DNA from: Candidatus Pacearchaeota archaeon
GTDB taxonomy: Archaea; Nanobdellota; Nanobdellia; Pacearchaeales; GW2011-AR1
DNA: 64,000 nucleotides
Direction of reading: 5' to 3'
Assembly (NCBI GenBank): GCA_018304105.1
Contig: JAGVWX010000019.1
Span: forward strand, 65,411-129,410
How positions within the stretch are numbered: the first letter of the stretch is position 1; each line of letters begins with the position of its first letter. This document shows, one piece after another, positions 46,213-53,474 of this stretch. The position numbers were made by a program, and so were the translations under genes. The notes under the pieces were generated by a model. It was not told where the DNA came from, did not search any database, and worked only from the letters and a program-made list of their open reading frames with translations.

Positions 46213-46287
46213 GGCCCCGTAGCTCAGCCTGGTTAGAGCACTGGACTCTTAATCCAGGTGTCGCGGGTTCAATTCCCGTCGGGGCCG
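46213..46287 (+). tRNA. tRNA-Lys (anticodon CTT)
   Basis: GGCCCCG TA GCTC AGCCTGGTTA GAGC A CTGGA CTCTTAA TCCAG GTGTC GCGGG TTCAATT CCCGT CGGGGCC G. Confidence 0.95.
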
Positions 46288-46342
46288 TAAACTGAGAATG
46301 GAACGAGAGTTAAAACTTGGGAAGACGTTTTGAGGGAAGTTA

Positions 46343-46726
46343 ATGAAATCAAATCCTAATTTGAGAAAAGAAATAGAAAAGTTCAAAGAATGCGTGATTT
46401 TGGTTGAAGGAAAGAATGACATTAAATCTTTGAAGAGTGCTGGTTTTGAAAAGGTTTATGCGATTCATGTTCCTGGAGTTGGGCTGAGAGAAAGAATTGA
46501 GCAGATTGTTTCGGAAGTTGGAACGAAAGAAACATTTTGTGTTTTGATGGACTTGGACAAATCTGGAAAGAAATTTTATACTTTGATTAAGCCGATTTTG
46601 CAGGAGCTTGGAGTTAGAGTTGATACTAAATTCAGGGGGCTTTTGAGCAGAGAAAATGTGTCGCATCTTGAGGGATTTGGGAAGGTTGTTGAAAGTTTAG
46701 ACAGCAACCTGACCGCTTCTTTGTAA
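46343..46726 (+). CDS. Small Toprim-domain protein
   Basis: VILVEGKNDIKSL (Glu) and LMDLDKSGKKF (DxD). Confidence 0.65.
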   Translation: MKSNPNLRKEIEKFKECVILVEGKNDIKSLKSAGFEKVYAIHVPGVGLRERIEQIVSEVGTKETFCVLMDLDKSGKKFYTLIKPILQELGVRVDTKFRGLLSRENVSHLEGFGKVVESLDSNLTASL

Positions 46727-47023
46727 TTCTTCTATGGGCTGAAGTCTGCGATTTCCGGAGAGAAATAGTGTGTCTGTGGTATAAAATCTAGGATTTGTTG
46801 TTTGTCTTATTTCTGCTAGTAAATTTGGGTTAATGCCTTGTAGTTGTATGGCGTCTGCTTTTGGTCTAACGCCGACGTATTCACCGCCAGGCCCTCGATA
46901 GTCACCGTTACAAACTTGTCTGAAATCTCTTTTTAGCATTAATGCTCTCAACGATTCAGTTTCTTCATCCGAAAACCTTGTCCAACTTCCGTTCTTTGTT
47001 CCTTTAACTAAATAAATAGCCAT
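46697..47023 (-). CDS. Hypothetical protein (orphan)
   Basis: 108 aa R/G-rich. Confidence 0.4.
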   Translation of the reverse strand: MAIYLVKGTKNGSWTRFSDEETESLRALMLKRDFRQVCNGDYRGPGGEYVGVRPKADAIQLQGINPNLLAEIRQTTNPRFYTTDTLFLSGNRRLQPIEELQRSGQVAV

Positions 47024-47101
47024 ATTCTTTTGTAGATTTATTATTTTTAAACCTATTGCTAAGTAAAATAATAAAAACAGAAATAAAAATAACGATTAAA
47101 A

Positions 47102-47368
47102 TTAACCGATTAGTCTTTTGATGTTTTCGATGTTTTCTGCGACTTCAGCGCCTTTTTTTGTAAGCTTTATCAGCTTTATTCTGCCTTTTTTCTCGAAAAC
47201 AACGAGGCCTAATCTTTCTAAGCCTTGCAAGATTTTGACGGCGTGGCTATATGTGCAATCTACCTCTTTTGCAAGAATGCTGCCATACCTGACTCTTGCA
47301 ACTCTCTTTAAGGCGACCAGCATCAAAGCCGGTTTCCTTCGGAAAAAGATATCAAAGTTGTCTTTCAT
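47102..47368 (-). CDS. Small winged-helix transcription regulator
   Basis: 88 aa; SILAKEVDCTYSHAVKILQGLERLGLVVFEKKGRIKLIKLTKKG. Confidence 0.6.
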   Translation of the reverse strand: MKDNFDIFFRRKPALMLVALKRVARVRYGSILAKEVDCTYSHAVKILQGLERLGLVVFEKKGRIKLIKLTKKGAEVAENIENIKRLIG

Positions 47369-47475
47369 TTTACTGTGATTAAAACGTGTTGTTTTAATCT
47401 ATATATTCCACACCATATTTCACTTTTAAATCTTTCTGCTTCTTTGTTATCCAAATCAGTAACAAAAGGGAATTA

Positions 47476-48096
47476 CTACGACGGAATGAGATTTCTTCTT
47501 CTGGCGTTAAATGCTCTGATTTTTAAGAGAAAAAGATTGACTAACAGAATCATAGCGGCTGCCGAGATGAACCATACAAGAATGTAGTAATTTGGGACTA
47601 TGTCAAATGGCAAACAACTTTTGAAAACGCAGTTGATATTCGTTGAAGGGTCTGAAAAGAGTCTTGTTAGGATGAAGAAAACTACAACTTGGGCAAGGCT
47701 TAGAATCCAGAAATCTTTTCTTTTGAATTTAATGAAGTACAAGGAAATAAACGCTATGGGGATTATGAAAAGGTGCTGGACCGTTATGAATTGGGAAAGG
47801 AAAGACCTTGTTGTGAAAACGTAAGTTGATATGCCCCAGAGATTCTTACGGAAAACTAAAAGATAAAGAAAGTCAATTGACCAAAGGATGTATGGGATGA
47901 AGGCAATGTTGAACTGGCTTCCGAGAAGGTAAGAATTTCTGAATAAAATTCCTAAACCAATAAGAAAGAAGATTGTGTATGAAAGCCACAACACGAAAGA
48001 CCAGCCAATGTTCGTGATTGAGTTGTAGAAAGCTAAGAGACTAACGAGTATGTAAAACGTGCCGAAAAAGTTCAGGAAAATGTCTTTGAAATTCAT
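47476..48096 (-). CDS. Polytopic membrane protein
   Basis: 206 aa, 6-7 TM. Confidence 0.55.
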   Translation of the reverse strand: MNFKDIFLNFFGTFYILVSLLAFYNSITNIGWSFVLWLSYTIFFLIGLGILFRNSYLLGSQFNIAFIPYILWSIDFLYLLVFRKNLWGISTYVFTTRSFLSQFITVQHLFIIPIAFISLYFIKFKRKDFWILSLAQVVVFFILTRLFSDPSTNINCVFKSCLPFDIVPNYYILVWFISAAAMILLVNLFLLKIRAFNARRRNLIPS

Positions 48097-48189
48097 GTTC
48101 GTTTACGGAAAGTGAAATATATAAATGAGTGTTGGCCGATTTTTTTAATAGAAACATATTTTTATTAAAGTTGTTTCATTCAAAATAAG

Positions 48190-48504
48190 ATGATTGAATC
48201 CCTTGACGAATTGAAAGAAGCAATTAAACAAAGGCTAAGCAAAATTATTTTCGATTCCCATTTTTACGATAGCATGAAAAAGAGACCTTATTTGAGCGAG
48301 GGTTTAGTTATTTCTATGTTAAAAGAATTTGAAAGATATCTTGGTTTTCAAACGCATGAAGTAAGAGAAAGCATCAGATACAGGGTCGGAATAAGCTTAA
48401 GCAGAAAATATACATTGGTTGTTGTAGTCGAGGTTAACGAAAGTTTAAATATCAAAACATCCTGGAAGACAAGTAGAAAATGGCAAAAGGCAATACAGAA
48501 ATAA
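48190..48504 (+). CDS. DUF4258-like putative toxin
   Basis: 104 aa; paired with and overlapping the downstream DUF2283-like gene. Confidence 0.4.
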   Translation: MIESLDELKEAIKQRLSKIIFDSHFYDSMKKRPYLSEGLVISMLKEFERYLGFQTHEVRESIRYRVGISLSRKYTLVVVVEVNESLNIKTSWKTSRKWQKAIQK

Positions 48505-48833
48505 AATATGACGGAAGCGAAGACATACTTTCATTTTGGAAGGGCGAGCCCTCGCAAGCATCTATTGAAATAGGGGACTTTATAGTAGACATTGGCAGCA
48601 GAGGCTATGTCGTTGGTTTTGAGATAATAAACGCAAGCGAAAACTTAGATGTTAATCCGGAATTTTTAGAGAACATTGAAGAAGCTTCGATGTCAGTTGT
48701 TTACAAACCAAACTATGTTTACATTACATTAAAGGTTAAACTAAAAGGACAAGACAAGGATGTTTCAATTCCTTTAACAGTTGACCTCGGGCACAAAAAA
48801 GTCGAGAAGGAAATGATTGTTTTTAACGGATAG
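48480..48833 (+). CDS. DUF2283-like putative antitoxin
   Basis: YDGSEDILSFWKG...GYVVGFEIINASE pattern. Confidence 0.5.
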   Translation: MAKGNTEIKYDGSEDILSFWKGEPSQASIEIGDFIVDIGSRGYVVGFEIINASENLDVNPEFLENIEEASMSVVYKPNYVYITLKVKLKGQDKDVSIPLTVDLGHKKVEKEMIVFNG

Positions 48834-48886
48834 ATAAAATTAGCTTCGTTGAAAAAATATATTATTGAGTTGTTTTTCTCTTTGGT

Positions 48887-49250
48887 CAAGACGATTTAGA
48901 AAACTTTCTAGCTAAGACAATAATTGATTTTAAGACCAAAAAGTAAAAGACCCAAATAAAAAATGTTGAAAAGTAGATTATTGTAATTTGAGGTTGATAA
49001 ATCGCTTTGAGGTTTATCGAGTTCAAAATCGGATTTAAAATTGGGAGTGTCGGACCGACTAAAAATATGGTGCTGATATAATGGATTTTTGCGAGGGCTG
49101 GATGGGCAAGAGGTCTCTCTGGAATACATATTCCTTCATAAGGAATAATCTTCAGGGTATAGAAAGAAATAGCCCAAGTATCTATGTAGATAATTGATAA
49201 TATCAGTATTATGAGAAACAGCGTTTTCCATTTTATAGTTTCATTGAATT
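48887..49250 (-). CDS. Possible membrane protein lacking a canonical start codon
   Basis: About 120 open codons (..ETIKWKTLFLIILILSIIYIDTWAISFYTL...IIYFSTFFIWVFYFLVLKSIIVLARKFSKSS*) with no ATG/GTG/TTG; the nearby ATG (MKL*) is in the +1 frame. Confidence 0.3.
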
Positions 49251-49362
49251 GTATATCTTTAAAGAATCTTTGATAACTTCAATTTGATTCGAACAAATGA
49301 CTTTTTGACACCAAATCCAAAGCTTTTTAATATTAGATTTTGCTGAATTAGTTGGAGAAAGA

Positions 49363-49962
49363 ATGAGAATACTTGCGGCAAGCGACATTCATGGAGACTC
49401 GAGGAAGTTCAAGAAATTAGCTGAGCAAGCTGAACGGGAGAACGTTGACCTCGTGATTTTGTGCGGGGATAATCTTGGGTGGTTTGAGACGAAGGATGTT
49501 ATTAAGCCGTTTAAGGACAAGAATAAAAGGGTTTTGCTTGTGCCCGGGAATTGGGATTCTTTTGCGGCTATGGATTTTGTGGCACAGGTTTATGGAGTTA
49601 GAAATATTCATGGATACAGCGTAAAGTACGATGGAGTTGGGTTTTTTGGGGCGGGCGGAGCGCCAGGCTCTCCAGGAGAAGGAAAGATAACGGAAACTGA
49701 ATTGATGGATGCATTGGAGAGAGCGCATAAAGGATTGAATGGAATTGAAAAGAAAGTTATGATAACTCACATGCATCCGAAGGGAAGCAAGTCGGAATTT
49801 TCGGGATGGGACGGAAGCGAAGCAGTGAGAAAAGCGATTGAAAAATTCAAGCCGGATGTTTTGCTTCATGGGCATATTCATGAAGCTAGCGGGATGGAAG
49901 AAAGGATTGGAAAGACCAAGGTTATTAATGTTGCCCGTGCGGGGAAAGTGATTGAGATTTAG
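49363..49962 (+). CDS. Calcineurin-like metallophosphoesterase (MJ0936/YfcE type)
   Basis: SDIHGD, CGDN, GNWD, THMHP, GHIHE motifs. Confidence 0.85.
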   Translation: MRILAASDIHGDSRKFKKLAEQAERENVDLVILCGDNLGWFETKDVIKPFKDKNKRVLLVPGNWDSFAAMDFVAQVYGVRNIHGYSVKYDGVGFFGAGGAPGSPGEGKITETELMDALERAHKGLNGIEKKVMITHMHPKGSKSEFSGWDGSEAVRKAIEKFKPDVLLHGHIHEASGMEERIGKTKVINVARAGKVIEI

Positions 49963-50812
49963 CTGCGAGCCACTCCTGGTAACGAATATTCGGTTGATAA
50001 ATTACTTGTGCGGAATTGCTTGGCGGTTGATAATTAACTGAAGGTGTAATCTGTGAAATTTTATGGGCTAAATGAATTGCTGTCGGGTCTTCAACAATTT
50101 CTCTTAATTGCTGTTGCTTGCCATTGAGTTGAAAACTATCTTTAATTTCTCCTGAATCGAGATGTCTTAATAAATCAAAGGCTACGCCGTGGCCGAATCG
50201 CATAATTGCTGCATATTGCTGTGCTGAAGGCATGGCCATAAAGCCAGGGTTTAAAATAGAACATTCTCTTGGCAGTTCTTCAAGAAATAGGTTTCCGAAA
50301 TGCCAATCTGGTGAATCTGTTTTTGGAAATGCTTCTACGACTTTTACTTTTTCTCTGTTATCAAATGGTTTGGCATGAACTGTAGTTATTCTTCCAGCTT
50401 CATCGAAATCCCACCAGAGAATTATTTGCCTGCTGTACATTCTTGAGATTATTAGAGAATCTTTTTCCAAAACGAAATGAACCTTTGTGTTGCCGGACAT
50501 ACCGACATAATCTCTTCTTGGAAGAGTGAAATCCGGAGCGGGGAGTTCTATCTGTGGGGCTCTTGGAAGCTCTACGGCCGATTCTTGTTGTGGTGTCAGC
50601 GATCTTTCTGAAATGTATCCATTTACTGCTCGCTGTAATGCTAGGAAATCTAAAAATAAATTTCCGGCCAGATTAGCGCCTGCAACCTGAAGCTTTCCTT
50701 CGATAATAGATAATCTTGTTCTGAGGGTTTCTGAAGTTTCATGAGCTAGGTCGAGACTTTCTATTTGAGCCATGGCATCTCTTATATCATGCCTTTGTTG
50801 TCTGGTTGGCAT
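49925..50812 (-). CDS. Hypothetical protein (orphan, Q/R-rich)
   Basis: 295 aa; 3' end overlaps the phosphoesterase gene by 38 nt. Confidence 0.45.
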   Translation of the reverse strand: MPTRQQRHDIRDAMAQIESLDLAHETSETLRTRLSIIEGKLQVAGANLAGNLFLDFLALQRAVNGYISERSLTPQQESAVELPRAPQIELPAPDFTLPRRDYVGMSGNTKVHFVLEKDSLIISRMYSRQIILWWDFDEAGRITTVHAKPFDNREKVKVVEAFPKTDSPDWHFGNLFLEELPRECSILNPGFMAMPSAQQYAAIMRFGHGVAFDLLRHLDSGEIKDSFQLNGKQQQLREIVEDPTAIHLAHKISQITPSVNYQPPSNSAQVIYQPNIRYQEWLAAKSQSLSPHGQH

Positions 50813-50855
50813 GAAAAAACTTCTAAATGGATGGTTAAATAGTTTTTGTTAGTGT

Positions 50856-51272
50856 TTATGCCTTAGCCGAAATATCAATCATCCAGGAAATTCCAAATTT
50901 GTCTGTGAACATGCCGAAAGTGTCGCCCCCAAATTCTTTCTTGAGGGGCATGTGGACTTTGCCGTCTTCTGATAGCTTATTGAAAATCTCCGTTAGTTTT
51001 TCTTCGTCTGAACCGAAAATGCTCATCTGGACATTGTTGCCGGGTTTTACCTTGTGGTCTGGGGCGTCGTCGGAAGCCATGAAAGTGAGAGTGTCGTTCA
51101 TTAATGACGCGTGGATGATTTTATCTTCTGTCTCTTTGTGCTTCGACATTTTTGCCTCGCTGTAAGTCTGCATTTTTAGTTCTCCTCCTAAAACAGACTG
51201 ATAGAACTGCATTGCTTCCCGGCAGGTTCCGCCGAAAATTATGTAGGGGTTAAGCGTTGGTTTCATTAACAT
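50856..51272 (-). CDS. VOC/glyoxalase-fold protein (PhnB-like)
   Basis: PYIIFGGTCREAMQFYQSVLGG ... FGDTFGMFTDKFGISWMI. Confidence 0.7.
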   Translation of the reverse strand: MLMKPTLNPYIIFGGTCREAMQFYQSVLGGELKMQTYSEAKMSKHKETEDKIIHASLMNDTLTFMASDDAPDHKVKPGNNVQMSIFGSDEEKLTEIFNKLSEDGKVHMPLKKEFGGDTFGMFTDKFGISWMIDISAKA

Positions 51273-51404
51273 CTGAAGAGCTTGAAGTATTTATATTTTT
51301 GAAAACGTTGTTAATTTAAGCGAAGATAAATTGATATATTAAGTTTATTAAAATCCTCAAACTAGTACTTAAATACTTACATTTCTTACAATTAAGAGGT
51401 TAAA

Positions 51405-51660
51405 ATGCAAGAAGAAATAAAAGACATTAGAACAGTAAAGATAACAAGTAAGGGGCAGATAAGCATTCCTTCAGCAGTTAGAACTATGGCGGGTTTTGAA
51501 GAGGGCGAAAGTAAACGTTATTGCTTATAATGATAGGGTAGAATTAAGACCGATGAAAGATAAATTAAGTGAATCTATGATGTGTTACATAATGTCAGAA
51601 GAAGCTTTGGCAAAAAATTGGGACACTCCCGAAGAGGATGAAGCGTGGAAAGATTTGTGA
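51405..51660 (+). pseudogene. AbrB/SpoVT-type (MazE-like) antitoxin with frameshift
   Basis: MQEEIKDIRTVKITSKGQISIPSAVRTMAGFEEGE.. stops; continues in another frame as AKVNVIAYNDRVELRPMKDK...EEDEAWKDL*. Confidence 0.7.
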
Positions 51661-51977
51661 AAGGAGACATTGTTGTTTTAGAGTTTCCATATACAGATTT
51701 ATCAAAAACTAAGAAAAGACCAAGCCTTATTGTTGCCAATTTGAGAGGAGATAATCTAATTCTTTGTCAAATTACTGGACAACCAAGACCAGACCCAGAT
51801 TTGATAAATCTTAAAAGAGAAGATTTCTAAACTGGTGGTTTGCATAGAGAGAGCTTTATCCTGCCTTCTTTTGTCTTCACAATCCATAAATCAAAAATCA
51901 ATTATTCAGCTGGAAAAATCAAGCAAGAAAAAATAAAAGAAGTTGAAAAGAAACTTTGCGAGATTTTTACAAGATAA
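51645..51977 (+). pseudogene. MazF/PemK-like toxin with in-frame TAA at 51828-51830
   Basis: KGDIVVLEFPYTDLSKTKKRPSLIVA...LKREDF*TGGLHRESFILPSFVFTIHKSKINYSAGKIKQEKIKEVEKKLCEIFTR*. Confidence 0.7.
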
Positions 51978-52250
51978 ATTTTTCGCCGAAAGCGAGACTA
52001 TTTGTGGCGTTAGCCTCTGCAAGCCGACTAGTATATATTTTTGCAGGCATTTCGTTGAACATCGGGCTTAAGGAAAGTTTTGACCCCTCGAAAAAAATCC
52101 CCTCATGAAACAGAGCTGAGAATTTTTTTCAGAGCTGGGGCAAAATTTGGGAAAAATGCGAGCCGAGCATTTTTCCGTTAAATTCCTGTTATGTCTCCCG
52201 ACGACTGGAAGGAGGAGAGCGCAGCGGGGCAAAATCCGAAGGATTTTGAG

Positions 52251-52744
52251 TTCAGAATTCGGGCGTTATCAATATTAACTTTAGAGTAGTAAAATAACCG
52301 AAAGATTTATAAATATACTATTGCTTTTTGTTATTATGAAATCAATTAATAGAACATTAGGGATTGGAGCATTGGTATTAGCTTTGAGTGGTTGTGGAAA
52401 TAACCAATGTGGTAATCAACAAAACAAGAATCAATACCAAACAATTAGGGGTGCTCCAATTAGTGTTGCTGAAAGTTATGCTCGTATGAGTGGCAGTTTG
52501 GCTACAGTTTTAGATGTAGAAGGAAAGCATGTTTTAGCATATACATCTAATGGGAATACCAGAAGCAATGCAGAAGCAACAGCATTAATCCAATCTGAAA
52601 TTTCAGATGGGGATGAAGAACCTATTGAATTAATGGGAAATTATGATGGAAATAGGTTCGTAATCAAGAGAGTTAATGCTAATGGATATCAAGTAGAGTT
52701 CTAAGTAAATCTTTCGGTTTCTATCTTTTAGCCCGAATTCTGAA
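52251..52744. repeat. Perfect 14-bp inverted repeat pair (ttcagaattcgggc / gcccgaattctgaa) flanking a lipoprotein gene
   Basis: 52251-52264 and 52731-52744; second inverted pair gttatgtct (52188-52196) / agacataac (52747-52755). Confidence 0.9.
52336..52704 (+). CDS. Small lipoprotein-like secreted protein
   Basis: MKSINRTLGIGALVLALSGC lipobox. Confidence 0.55.
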   Translation: MKSINRTLGIGALVLALSGCGNNQCGNQQNKNQYQTIRGAPISVAESYARMSGSLATVLDVEGKHVLAYTSNGNTRSNAEATALIQSEISDGDEEPIELMGNYDGNRFVIKRVNANGYQVEF

Positions 52745-52833
52745 TTAGACATAACATAATCATATCAAAACTTTGGTTTGGATATGAACCTTTTGAGGAG
52801 GGTTATCATAACTTTTATAAATTGTGACTGTTT

Positions 52834-52935
52834 ATGTTTTTTACGGATGGTTTGAAGGATGGTTTGATTGAAAAATTGAATAAGGAATTAGAGATACGCA
52901 ATTTTTCGAGAAAGACAGTAAAATCTTATTCGATT
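52834..52935 (+). pseudogene. N-terminal fragment of a tyrosine recombinase/integrase
   Basis: LIEKLNKELEIRNFSRKTVKSYS matches the SAM-like N-terminal domain pattern (ELxxRNYSxxTxKxY); no catalytic domain follows. Confidence 0.5.
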
Positions 52936-53243
52936 TTGTATGCTTCTTTCATTACAGCAACCATTTCGTCAACAACAAGTCCATGGTCAATACCGGTTCC
53001 AGATGCTATATCTACACGAAAAATTGGATAGAAAGAAAGTCTAAATTTTTCTCCTTGTCTTTGTCCATCGTAGACTATGGCCCCATGACATCCATTAAAT
53101 TGTGGTTCTGGTCTGCCTTCAAGAATTCTACCATCTGGACTCACAGCAATTGCATCAAGCGGTATAAAGAGCCCTCCGAAAAGAACCCCCTGGGCAAGGA
53201 TATTTTTCTTTGGCTGTGCCATTGACAGCCATAACAATTGCAT
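52926..53243 (-). CDS. Hypothetical protein (possibly frameshifted; a 58-codon ORF upstream lies in another frame)
   Basis: MAQPKKNILAQGVLFGGLFIPLDAIAVSPDGRILEGRPEPQFNGCHGAIVYDGQ... Confidence 0.35.
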   Translation of the reverse strand: MQLLWLSMAQPKKNILAQGVLFGGLFIPLDAIAVSPDGRILEGRPEPQFNGCHGAIVYDGQRQGEKFRLSFYPIFRVDIASGTGIDHGLVVDEMVAVMKEAYKIE

Positions 53244-53474
53244 GATTAGGTAATAAGAATTCTAATGTGGAAACTTGTCTTCCATCCTGAACAGATGACC
53301 TTCGTTCTCTTACTAGATTGACATCTCCCATAAAATCGAGAAATAGAAACTCTATTTAAACTTTCTGGTGATGACATTATTATTTGTTATGCGCAGATTG
53401 AGTATAATATTTTATGTTCTTCAGATATTCCGAAGTTATATAAGTTTTAAATACCTTTGATTTTTGGTTTGAAT

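Noticed and set aside
52000-52320. Hairpin-rich 320-bp spacer as SRP RNA or RNase P RNA
   Set aside because: I could not find the conserved motifs: no GAGGAAAGTCC-type CR-I, and no SRP helix-8 GGAA/AGCA symmetric loop context. There are only superficial matches (ggaaggagg, aggaaagtttt).
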